32,000 nucleotides of DNA, taken from positions 2,340,001 to 2,372,000 of the forward strand of contig NZ_CP007536.1 of assembly GCF_000698785.1 (NCBI RefSeq), read 5' to 3'. The stretch's first letter is position 1. Each line of letters starts with the position of its first letter. Position numbers and translations under genes: made by a program. This DNA comes from Nitrososphaera viennensis EN76. GTDB taxonomy: Archaea > Thermoproteota > Nitrososphaeria > Nitrososphaerales > Nitrososphaeraceae. This document shows positions 1 through 8,129 of this stretch, piece by piece. The notes beneath the pieces were generated by a model. The model saw only the letters and a program-made list of their open reading frames with translations, did not search any database and was not told the DNA's origin.

Positions 1-311
1 AAGAGGTGCGAAAAAGGGCCGTGGCCGATGTCGTGCAAGAGCGCGGCAAGCCGCAGCTCCTCGACCACCTCGGCGTTGTCGATGTAGCCCTTGCCAAGCA
101 GGCTCTCGCATGCAAGGCCGGCGATGTGCATCGCGCCAAGCGAGTGCTCAAAGCGCGAGTGCTGGGCGCTCGGATACACGAGGTGCGCGCCGGCAAGCTG
201 GCGTATGCGCCGGAGGCGCTGGAATGCCGCGCTGTCGATGACGTCTTTTTCCGCCTGCGAAAACCGGATGTAGCGGTGTATCGGGTCCGTGATCTCGCCT
301 GCAAAATCCAA
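1..311 (-). CDS. HD-domain metal-dependent phosphohydrolase (dNTP triphosphohydrolase-like). Only the N-terminal part is present; the gene runs off the left edge.
   Basis: My own minus-strand translation from TTG at 311 gives MDFAGEITDPIHRYIRFSQAEKDVIDSAAFQRLRRIRQLAGAHLVYPSAQHSRFEHSLGAMHIAG...LRLAALLHDIGHGPFSH. This contains the HD-superfamily H...HD metal-site signature. The listed + ORF 6..437 is its antisense shadow. Confidence 0.8.
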   Translation of the reverse strand, partial: MDFAGEITDPIHRYIRFSQAEKDVIDSAAFQRLRRIRQLAGAHLVYPSAQHSRFEHSLGAMHIAGLACESLLGKGYIDNAEVVEELRLAALLHDIGHGPFSHL

Positions 312-348
312 GGTACGTACTACGAGATGCACACCGAAGGGGAGCGAC

Positions 349-948
349 TTAAACTTTCAGTGCCTTTCTTACTACTTTCAGTATTTCCTGGTGGACCTGC
401 TCCCTACCCTTTGAGCCGTCCAGGACCTTCCACTTGAACTGCCTTGCAAACTTTTGGTAGTTCTTGTACGCGGCTGCCGCAAGCTTGGCGTCGCCCTCAA
501 ACGCGTCGAGCACCTCTGCGCGGTTCTTTGACACGCTCGGGTTAACGAGCAGGATGAGAACCATGTCCTCCTTTGGCAGGCCCTTGTCAAGCTTTTGCAG
601 CCACCCTGCGTCCATGCCGTTAGAGACGCCATATACCAAATTTGACTGCCAGTAGCGGTTCATGATGACTATGGTGCCGTTTTCCACCATGCTCTCTATC
701 TCCTTCTTTTTCTCCCACCTGTTTGCAGAAAAGAGCAGGTGCTTGACCTCTGCAGGGTAATCGCGTTTTCCGTCGAGAAACGCTCGGATCTCCGTGCCTA
801 TCGGCGTCGTATAGTCTGGAAAGTCGACTACCACGCATATCTTGCCGAGGGCCTTGATGGCTTCCTGCAGCATGCGAGACTGGGTAGTCTTGCCGGCCTT
901 GTCCGTACCCTCTATAACAATTATCTTGCCCCTTGTTGCCACCGCCAC
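349..948 (-). CDS. tmk: Thymidylate kinase
   Basis: The 199-aa ORF has the P-loop IVIEGTDKAGKTTQ, typical of Tmk (EGxDxxGKTT). Length and overall pattern fit dTMP kinase. It lies 37 nt upstream of the HD gene on the same strand. Confidence 0.9.
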   Translation of the reverse strand: MAVATRGKIIVIEGTDKAGKTTQSRMLQEAIKALGKICVVVDFPDYTTPIGTEIRAFLDGKRDYPAEVKHLLFSANRWEKKKEIESMVENGTIVIMNRYWQSNLVYGVSNGMDAGWLQKLDKGLPKEDMVLILLVNPSVSKNRAEVLDAFEGDAKLAAAAYKNYQKFARQFKWKVLDGSKGREQVHQEILKVVRKALKV

Positions 949-1102
949 AGGTCAAGGCAGGCGCCAATAAAAAGATGTTGAATAATTCCAGAGAAAGTGG
1001 GTTTGTGAGATTTGCATCTTCGATTTGCCCAGAATTTTAAACCAAAAAACCAACAAATTAAAATATTATCCACCTTGTTAACAGGTGAGCACGGGTTAGC
1101 GC

Positions 1103-1780
1103 TTGAAAGACGGAAAATCCAACATCGCAATATTTGACACGTTCAAGACCCGCCGGAACAAGTTCACCGGCGAGGCCAAGAGGCAGCGGGGCATAATCGC
1201 GCACCTTGCCACCGAGCAGAGCCCGGAGCTGCGCACCCGCACGTCTATTGCGCATGCAATAGCGGAGCAGCACGGGATACTGTGGCAGAACATCTATTCT
1301 GGCATATTCCGCGACCTCGACGAGGTCCTAATCCCCGCCGGCGTGGTGAAGGAGGGAGGCAGGCTGCCGCTCCGCCGCGGGCCAAAGGCGCTCCAGCTTG
1401 AAGGCGTGCCTTTTTACGAGCTTACGGACACGGGGCTTCTCGTGGCGTCTTCGATAGAGGAGCTTGGCGACAAGCGCATGGGGCTTTTAAAGTCGTACGT
1501 GTCGTCGCTTCCCGCAAACGACGCGCCATGCAAGGCCATGAAGGACGGCCTGCTGCTCTTGATAGAGCGTGCCCCGTCGTTTGTGACAAAGGTCATCAAC
1601 GAGTACATCTACGCCTACAGCACGGGCCTGATAAGCAGCATAGCGCCTCTTGAGACGAAGAAGCTGCGCTCCGTCATTGCAAAAGAGATTGCCGTGGAAA
1701 AAGAGCTCGTCGAGGCGTTTTCCGTGTTCTCGGGCGAGCAGAAGGACCTTGCGCGCAACTTTTTCAAGGTAATGACTTGA
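1103..1780 (+). CDS. Hypothetical protein, possibly a winged-helix DNA-binding protein
   Basis: The 225-aa ORF starts at TTG, with an in-frame stop just upstream. Composition is protein-like, and the segment TRTSIAHAIAEQHGILWQNIYSGIFRDLDEVLIPAGVVKEGGR looks wHTH-like. I recognise no family. Confidence 0.55.
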   Translation: MKDGKSNIAIFDTFKTRRNKFTGEAKRQRGIIAHLATEQSPELRTRTSIAHAIAEQHGILWQNIYSGIFRDLDEVLIPAGVVKEGGRLPLRRGPKALQLEGVPFYELTDTGLLVASSIEELGDKRMGLLKSYVSSLPANDAPCKAMKDGLLLLIERAPSFVTKVINEYIYAYSTGLISSIAPLETKKLRSVIAKEIAVEKELVEAFSVFSGEQKDLARNFFKVMT

Positions 1781-1792
1781 AGAAAAGGGAAC

Positions 1793-1975
1793 TTACTTGC
1801 CCTTGTAGCCGCAGGCGGGGCACTTGTATTCCCTGGACTTGCCCTTGCAGCCCTCGCAGCGCCAGATGCGCGCGTTCCTGCACTTTGGGCACGAAAAGTT
1901 CTCTGAAATCTCGCCCGGGTGGACGTCCCTGCCGCAGGCGTTGCACTTGGGCATGTCGTACGAGCCGGAGTACAT
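1793..1975 (-). CDS. Small four-CxxC zinc-ribbon protein (COG2888/DUF1610-like)
   Basis: MYSGSYDMPKCNACGRDVHPGEISENFSCPKCRNARIWRCEGCKGKSREYKCPACGYKGK has four CxxC pairs and is 60 aa from Met35 of the listed 94-aa ORF. The longer N-terminus up to 2077 would run into the hsp20 promoter. The start is uncertain; Met at 1954 is also possible. Confidence 0.7.
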   Translation of the reverse strand: MYSGSYDMPKCNACGRDVHPGEISENFSCPKCRNARIWRCEGCKGKSREYKCPACGYKGK

Positions 1976-2032
1976 ATATGTGTCTCTGCAGCTGTTTGCC
2001 TTCTGGACTATTTTTACTTTGTTACAACAAAC

Positions 2033-2046
2033 AAAGGATTTATACT
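2033..2046 (+). promoter_or_regulatory. Putative BRE/TATA promoter of hsp20 (tttatac)
   Basis: The TATA-like 'ggatttatac' is centred about 28 nt upstream of the ATG at 2070. That spacing is expected for a leaderless archaeal transcript. Confidence 0.4.
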
Positions 2047-2069
2047 GACTGCACGAATCTACTCCATAT

Positions 2070-2456
2070 ATGACCATAGGAAGGTACGTGGCCCGCGAGA
2101 TTTCAAAGGAACTTGACCACAGGTCGAGGGAATTTTACGAGTTTGTCATGCCCGCCATTGACATGGTGGAGGATGGAAACGAGCTTGTGGTCATGATCGA
2201 CCTGCCCGGCTTTGCCAAGAAGGATATCACGCTAATGATACACCGCAACATCCTCTCGATAGCCGCCAAACGCGAGGCCGGCGAGGTAACCGGCACTGTC
2301 CACCAGAGGCACAGGCCACTGTGGATAGAAAAGAGGATCATGCTCCCGATCTCTGTCAAGGAGGGCGAGAAGGTGGTGGGCACGGCGACGTACACAGACG
2401 GCGTGGTGACGCTCAAGATACCGATGCCGTACAAGGAAACGATCCCGATTGCCTAA
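2070..2456 (+). CDS. Small heat-shock protein, Hsp20/alpha-crystallin family
   Basis: The 128-aa ORF has an alpha-crystallin domain pattern: PAIDMVEDGNELVVMIDLPGFAKKDITLMIHRNILSIAAKRE...ATYTDGVVTLKIP. Confidence 0.9.
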   Translation: MTIGRYVAREISKELDHRSREFYEFVMPAIDMVEDGNELVVMIDLPGFAKKDITLMIHRNILSIAAKREAGEVTGTVHQRHRPLWIEKRIMLPISVKEGEKVVGTATYTDGVVTLKIPMPYKETIPIA

Positions 2457-2465
2457 CTAACTCGG

Positions 2466-2475
2466 TCTTTTTTTC
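2466..2475 (+). terminator. Oligo-T tract downstream of hsp20
   Basis: A T7 run (2468-2474) lies 12 nt after the hsp20 stop. Archaeal termination commonly uses oligo-T. Confidence 0.4.
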
Positions 2476-2564
2476 TCCCTGTAGCTAGTTTATATTCACG
2501 TCTGGGATCCAATGAGTATGCATAGCCTCCGGGGTTATGTCGCCGCTGTCGTCGTTTCTGCAAG

Positions 2565-4238
2565 ATGCCTGAATTGCATGAAGGGCAAGAAGTGAACCGC
2601 GATTTGGAAGACCCGTCCCAGCTTAAAGAGCAGATCGCCTTCAAGTACATCAGCAGTAGTGAATCCCCTGCAGAATTCAAGCGGCCGTCGCGCCTCCACG
2701 TGGCCAGAATCATACTAAAGCTGCTTCCTGTGGCGCTGAACTTCCGCAGGGACAGGCGGGAATGGGTAAAGCACGAAGGCCGCAACGTGGACGAAGAAAA
2801 GTACAGAAAGCATGCAAGACGCGCGCTCAAGACCTTCCTCGAGCTGGGGCCTTCGTACATAAAGCTGGGCCAGTGGCTTTCCACGCGCGCCGACATGCTC
2901 CCCCTTCCGTACATGGAGGAGCTGTCCAAGCTGCAGGACGACGTGCCGCCAGCGCCTTTTGAGCAGGTAAAGGGGATGATTGAGACAGAGCTTGGCGGCA
3001 AGATAGAAGAGGCCTTTGAGTCGTTCAACACGGTCGCGCTTTCAGGGGCGAGCCTGGGCCAGGTGTACCTTGCAAGGCACGACGGCAAGGACGTGATAGT
3101 AAAGGTCGCAAGGCCCGGCATCGAGGAATCTATAGAGAAGGACATCTACATCCTGAGAAAGATACTGCCGCTTGCCACAAAGTTCATCGACCCGAACCTG
3201 CGCTTTTCAGCTGAAGGGATGCTTGCACAGTTTGCAGAAACGGTGCACGAGGAGATGGACTACAGGATCGAGGCCGAGAACCTTGTGACCATAAGGCAGA
3301 ACCTTGCCGACGACAGCACCGTGCTGATACCCCGGGTCTATCCTGAAAGGACTTCAAGGCACGTGCTGACGATGGACTATTTGCCTGGGACCAAGATCAC
3401 AGACATCGAGGAGCTGGACAGGATGAGGATGGACAGGGAAAAGCTCGTGGTCCGCGTCCACAGGCTGTTCTTCAAGATGCTCCTGCGCCACAACATCTTC
3501 CATGCCGACCCGCACCCCGGCAACATCTCGGTATCAGGCGACGGCAAGATAATACTCTACGACTTTGGAATGGTGGGCCGGCTGGACAACGCGACGCGGT
3601 TAAAGCTCATCCGGCTCTACCTGGGGCTGGTGGAAAAAGACGCCGGCCGGACCGTAAACGTGCTGATGGAGCTTGGGACCTTGGAGCCCAATGCAAACAG
3701 GTACGTGATAGAGAAGGCCATAGACCTCAGCATACAGTCGCTCTATGGCCGGCAGGTGGACAAGATGGAGGTCAAGGCGCTCATGGACCTTGCAAACAAG
3801 ACCATGAGCAGGTTTCCCTTCAAGCTGCCCAAGAACCTTGCGCTTTACATGAGGATGACCTCCATCCTGGAAGGCATTTACCAGCACCACAGGGTGAGGT
3901 TCCAGTTCATCAAGGTGCTTGCAAACCTGCTTGAAGAAGAAGGCCTGATACGGGAGGCCTACATAGAGGAGGCCAAGTCCTCCGTGCAGCGCATCCGCAA
4001 GTCGGTCGAGGCCGCTATGAATCTCGGGCAGTTCCTGCAGTCTGCGTACGACTCTGTCCTTTCTGGCAAAACCGGTAACAACAATAATAACAACAACCTG
4101 ATGGCCGGCTCTATCCTTGCAGCAAGCTTGTTCATCGGCTCGTCGATAATCTATCCGCAGAATTCCCTTGCCGCGTACGCGGGCTTTGGGGCCGCCGCGG
4201 TGACCATCGCAGTATCAATATTTAAAAGAAAATCATAA
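2565..4238 (+). CDS. ABC1/UbiB-family atypical protein kinase with C-terminal membrane anchor
   Basis: Family motifs are present: ELGPSYIKLGQWLSTRADMLPLPYMEELSKLQDDVPP, ASLGQVYLA, VKVARPGI, FHADPHPGNI and ILYDFGMVG. The C-terminus is hydrophobic. A run of 7 Asn lies near the C-terminus. Confidence 0.9.
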   Translation: MPELHEGQEVNRDLEDPSQLKEQIAFKYISSSESPAEFKRPSRLHVARIILKLLPVALNFRRDRREWVKHEGRNVDEEKYRKHARRALKTFLELGPSYIKLGQWLSTRADMLPLPYMEELSKLQDDVPPAPFEQVKGMIETELGGKIEEAFESFNTVALSGASLGQVYLARHDGKDVIVKVARPGIEESIEKDIYILRKILPLATKFIDPNLRFSAEGMLAQFAETVHEEMDYRIEAENLVTIRQNLADDSTVLIPRVYPERTSRHVLTMDYLPGTKITDIEELDRMRMDREKLVVRVHRLFFKMLLRHNIFHADPHPGNISVSGDGKIILYDFGMVGRLDNATRLKLIRLYLGLVEKDAGRTVNVLMELGTLEPNANRYVIEKAIDLSIQSLYGRQVDKMEVKALMDLANKTMSRFPFKLPKNLALYMRMTSILEGIYQHHRVRFQFIKVLANLLEEEGLIREAYIEEAKSSVQRIRKSVEAAMNLGQFLQSAYDSVLSGKTGNNNNNNNLMAGSILAASLFIGSSIIYPQNSLAAYAGFGAAAVTIAVSIFKRKS

Positions 4239-4345
4239 TCGTGCTAAATTTACTATAATGTGTCACCTCTTTAGGTAATTTTCGTCGATACCAGCTCTCT
4301 CACAAACATTTTCTATACCTGCCGATATTATACGTCTGTGAAATA

Positions 4346-7300
4346 ATGCACGTGCAAGCTGCTGCCGACGTACAGGAGATATTCTGGGTCTCGTATACCG
4401 TGCTGGAAGTCAACCAAGGCGACAACCTAGAAGACGTCCTGCAGAAATTTGCGACCATAATCAACGTGCAGCTGACCCTGCAGGAAGACCAGAAATTCCC
4501 CTTCGTCCCGTTCAATGGCTTTGAAAACGCCAAGAAATCAAGCAAGGTGTTCCTGTACGGGCCAAGCGGGTGCGGCAAGTCAAAAGCCATCTTTGAAATC
4601 ATCCGGGAAAGAATAGCCCGGATAAAGCGCATCTACATCATAAACCCGAGGCAAACACTCGGGGGCGAATCGGGGAGAACAGCCCTCTCTAACCTGCTCA
4701 ACAAGGTCGGGCCGGAAGACGCGGTGGTCTGGGACAACTTTCCTGACGACCTTGTAAAAAGGGATATCAAGAGCGCGACAAGGGTGCTGGAGCTTGTCAG
4801 CTCAAGGGACCTGAACAACCTCCTGGTTGCGCTAAAGCCAAGGTACCTGGAGATCTACCGCGAGATCACCGACGCCGTCCCGGAATTCCACAGCGCCGAG
4901 ATATCCTACGACAAGGGCCGCTTCAAGAAAATCATTCAAGAGTATGGCGCGCAGATATCGCAGTTTCACCGGCTATACGAGGGCAACATAGCAAGCCGTA
5001 TAGAGGGCGTCTCCCGGGCGCTCTGGAGAAAAGAGCCGATACCGATAACCATACTTGATTATTACCGCGAGCTTTCCGGGAAAGAAGAACAAGGCGACAA
5101 TAAAAATTCCGTTAACGCGGTTGCAGAAGCAGAGAAACTCTTGCGCGCCGGCGACTATTACGAGAGCCAGTTTGCCTTCATCGCCCGTGCAGACGAGCGC
5201 CGGGAAGACGCCGAGTTCCTCTACACTCTGAAGCTGTGTTATGAGGCGGGCCTTGGCAGGACGTTTGGCCGCATAGAAAAGTTGCAAAAGGGGATATTTG
5301 GCAGCCTGCCGCCGAGGGACCCCCTGCGCAGGCTGGGCACGTGGGTCTACCTCTCCGGCCAGGACTATGCGATGCACGACGCCCGGAAGGACGCGATAAA
5401 ATTCAACGACCACGTGATGCTGAAAATCGTAAACTACCTTGTGGGCAATTTCCGGGATGTCCTTCCTGCAGAAAACAACCAGATCTATTCATTTGGGATG
5501 TTCCTGGGCAAGCACGTCCAGTTCGTACCGCGGGACACGTCGCAGCCTTTCCTTCCTGCCAGCGTTTACGGCTTTATGAAAGAGAATCGATATTTTACGA
5601 TGGGGTTTGGCCAGGGCGCCGGCTCGATCTTCCTTTCGCTGGACGAACCGCTCCAGCAAGGCATACTGCGGAGGGTGGAAGTGGACATCGAGTTCACGCG
5701 GGGTCTGTGCGAAAACCTGGGATCAAACTTTTCTCTGTTCGATTCGGAAAACCAGGGAAAAATCCTGGGCATGACAACAAGCGGCCTGCCGTTTGCAAGG
5801 TACCTTGGAGAAAGCCTTGGAACCCATTTTTTCTCCCTGCCCCTGAAGCTCAGGGAAGAAATTTCCAGGAGGGCCAGAAAGAACGTGCAGTTTTCAGACG
5901 GCCTGGGGATGGGCATGGGGTACATCATGCCTCTTCTGGATGAAAACTTGCGGCAGGATGCGTTCAAAAAGGCAGAAAATGACAGCGAGTTTACAAGAGG
6001 GCTCGGCTACGGCCTGGGCCGCAATTTTCCTTCAATTCCTGCAGACTTTAAAGCCAGGATCTTTGAACTTGTCGAAAAGGACCGGGAGTTTGCAAAGGGC
6101 CTTGGCTACGGCATAGGGTTTCAATTCGAATCATTCACTCCGGAATTCAAAGCCCGGCTGTTTGAGCTTGCAGAAAAAAACAGCGAATTTTCCTACGGCC
6201 TGGGCATCTTTTTTGGCTTTGCATTCTCGTACCTCTCAAAACAGATGCAGGATCAAATGCTCGGGGTGGCAGAGAGGCACAGCGAGTTTGCTTACGGCAT
6301 GGGCATGGGAATAGGATACCTTTTCGTATACCTGACTCCGGAGCTGCAAGGCGAGATTCTTCAAAAGGCAGGCAAGAACGCCAAGCTGACCTATGGGATA
6401 GGATCGGGCTTTGCTTTTTCATTCAAGAATTCGCCCCCGGAAGTCCAGGACGATATCCTTGCGCGGATTGAAAAGAACAGCGAGCTAACGTACGGCCTTG
6501 GCTACGGCCTTGGATATGTGTTTCCCTACCTGTCAGGCGAGCAGCGGGAACGCAGTTTCCAAAAAGCCGGTACGAACCCGCAGTTTGCAAAGGGATTTGG
6601 CATGGGCATAGGGCGAATTTTTGCGTACCTCGACAGGTTCCATGATGAAATCTTTGACAGGGCCCGGGCGAACCCGCATTTTGCAAAGGGTCTGGGGTCT
6701 GGCCTCGGGTACGTTTTCACTTATTTTCCGCCAGGCCTGCGCGAAAAAATCACTGCAAGGGCGGAGGCCAATCCAGAACTGACGTACGGCCTTGGCACCG
6801 GCTTGGGCTTTACTTTCTCTTATTTCAAAAAAGAGGATCAGGACCTTTTCTTTGAAAAGATAATACATGATGCCTATTTCGCCCGGGGCCTTGGCACCGG
6901 CCTGGGCTACGCCTTTGCCTATCTCCAGCCGGACACCCAGAAACACGCATTTGCCCGGAGCCATGAGAACGTGCAATTTGCGATTGGGATGGGCGAAGGC
7001 CTTTCCAGAATCTACTCCTATCTTGATGAAAAGACCCAGAATGAAATTCTCAAAAAGGCCGTTGCAGGAAGCGGCCTCGCAAGAGGCCTGGGCCGCGGTT
7101 TTGGCTCTGTATTTCCGTATCTTGATGCCGGCATGCTTGGAACCGCTGGCCGGCATGCAGAGACGGACGGGCAGTTTGCAAGAGGCCTGGGCGAGGGCCT
7201 CGGCACCATCTTTCCTTACCTGTCACCTGACACCCAAGCCCGCGCCTTTGAAAGGGCAAAAAATAGCGCCCAGTTTAACATAGGCCTTGGCACCGGCCTG

Positions 7301-8098
7301 GGCTACATCTTTGCCCATCTGACGGGTGACATCCAGACACTCATCTCTGCAAAAGCCCGGAACGACGCATCCCTTGCCCGGGGCCTCGGCACCGGCCTGG
7401 GCTACATCTTTTCCTATCTTGGCGGCACGCTCCAGAAAGATTTTCTCGACAGGGCAAAACAAGATCCGTCCTTTTCCCATGGCCTGGGCTCCGGCATAAG
7501 CTACGGGCTTGCTTACTGTCCAGATGACTTGAAGAAAGAGGTTGTCAGATATTCAAAGAGCGACCCGCATTTTGCCACCGGCCTCGGCACCGGCCTCGGC
7601 TACATCTTTCCATATCTTCCGGGGCCACTGCGCCAGGAATTGCTCGGCCTGGCAGAACAGCATCCAAGCTTTGCCACCGGCCTCGGCACCGGCCTCGGCT
7701 ACCACCTCCCGTCATTTACCGAGCAGCTGAAGGAGGAGATCATTGGCTGGATAGACAAGGACAGCAACTTTGCCACCGGCCTCGGCACCGGCCTCGGCCG
7801 CTCATTCCAGCACCTCGACGGGATAACGCAGCGGGGAATCCTCGACTGGATAGACAAGGACAGCAACTTTGCCACCGGCCTCGGCACCGGCCTCGGCCGC
7901 AACCTGCCTTCGCTTGCCGAGCAGCTGAAGGAGGAGATCATTGGTTGGATAGACAGGAACAACAGTTTTGCAACCGGCCTGGGGAAGGGGCTGGCCGACA
8001 GCTTTCAATACCTCGACGGCGAGCTGCAGCGCAGAATCGCGCTCTTGGCCCAAAAGAACCGCGCTTTTGCATCGTCCCACCAGTTCAAGATTAGCTAA
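4346..8098 (+). CDS. Giant P-loop NTPase with a C-terminal array of about 25 tandem 33-aa GLGxGLG repeats; function unknown
   Basis: The ORF is an uninterrupted 1250 aa. Walker A is LYGPSGCGKSKA (aa 70-81) and a Walker B-like motif is AVVWDNFPDD (aa ~126-135). A helical-looking middle region spans about aa 140-415. From about aa 416 to the end there are 33-aa repeats with consensus xFAxGLGxGLGYIFPYLxxxxQxxhhxxAxxNx. Confidence 0.85.
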   Translation: MHVQAAADVQEIFWVSYTVLEVNQGDNLEDVLQKFATIINVQLTLQEDQKFPFVPFNGFENAKKSSKVFLYGPSGCGKSKAIFEIIRERIARIKRIYIINPRQTLGGESGRTALSNLLNKVGPEDAVVWDNFPDDLVKRDIKSATRVLELVSSRDLNNLLVALKPRYLEIYREITDAVPEFHSAEISYDKGRFKKIIQEYGAQISQFHRLYEGNIASRIEGVSRALWRKEPIPITILDYYRELSGKEEQGDNKNSVNAVAEAEKLLRAGDYYESQFAFIARADERREDAEFLYTLKLCYEAGLGRTFGRIEKLQKGIFGSLPPRDPLRRLGTWVYLSGQDYAMHDARKDAIKFNDHVMLKIVNYLVGNFRDVLPAENNQIYSFGMFLGKHVQFVPRDTSQPFLPASVYGFMKENRYFTMGFGQGAGSIFLSLDEPLQQGILRRVEVDIEFTRGLCENLGSNFSLFDSENQGKILGMTTSGLPFARYLGESLGTHFFSLPLKLREEISRRARKNVQFSDGLGMGMGYIMPLLDENLRQDAFKKAENDSEFTRGLGYGLGRNFPSIPADFKARIFELVEKDREFAKGLGYGIGFQFESFTPEFKARLFELAEKNSEFSYGLGIFFGFAFSYLSKQMQDQMLGVAERHSEFAYGMGMGIGYLFVYLTPELQGEILQKAGKNAKLTYGIGSGFAFSFKNSPPEVQDDILARIEKNSELTYGLGYGLGYVFPYLSGEQRERSFQKAGTNPQFAKGFGMGIGRIFAYLDRFHDEIFDRARANPHFAKGLGSGLGYVFTYFPPGLREKITARAEANPELTYGLGTGLGFTFSYFKKEDQDLFFEKIIHDAYFARGLGTGLGYAFAYLQPDTQKHAFARSHENVQFAIGMGEGLSRIYSYLDEKTQNEILKKAVAGSGLARGLGRGFGSVFPYLDAGMLGTAGRHAETDGQFARGLGEGLGTIFPYLSPDTQARAFERAKNSAQFNIGLGTGLGYIFAHLTGDIQTLISAKARNDASLARGLGTGLGYIFSYLGGTLQKDFLDRAKQDPSFSHGLGSGISYGLAYCPDDLKKEVVRYSKSDPHFATGLGTGLGYIFPYLPGPLRQELLGLAEQHPSFATGLGTGLGYHLPSFTEQLKEEIIGWIDKDSNFATGLGTGLGRSFQHLDGITQRGILDWIDKDSNFATGLGTGLGRNLPSLAEQLKEEIIGWIDRNNSFATGLGKGLADSFQYLDGELQRRIALLAQKNRAFASSHQFKIS
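5591..8065 (+). repeat. In-frame tandem repeat array with 99-bp period, about 25 units
   Basis: I parsed the repeats by hand from the translation; 24 units are 33 aa and one is 32 aa. The DNA core ggcctcggcaccggcct(c/g)ggctacatcttt recurs at 99-bp spacing, for example near 6889, 7276, 7381, 7579, 7680, 7778 and 7877. Confidence 0.9.
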
Positions 8099-8129
8099 AC
8101 TTGCTCCTCACCTACTTATAAGCATCTGA

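Noticed and set aside
4078-4098. (AAC/AAT)7 run encoding seven consecutive Asn in the ABC1/UbiB kinase, considered as a possible slippage or phase-variation tract.
   Set aside because: It is an in-frame mixture of two codons and not a pure mono- or dinucleotide repeat. It lies in a linker before the C-terminal membrane anchor. It is most simply a low-complexity linker.
6880-7960. Regularly spaced ~30-bp conserved DNA cores (ggcctcggcaccggcctgggctacatcttt) separated by ~69-bp variable stretches, which superficially look like a CRISPR array.
   Set aside because: The period is exactly 99 bp (33 codons), inside one uninterrupted 3753-nt ORF. The 'spacers' encode the conserved helix part of a protein repeat. 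No leader or cas genes are present. It is a coding tandem repeat.
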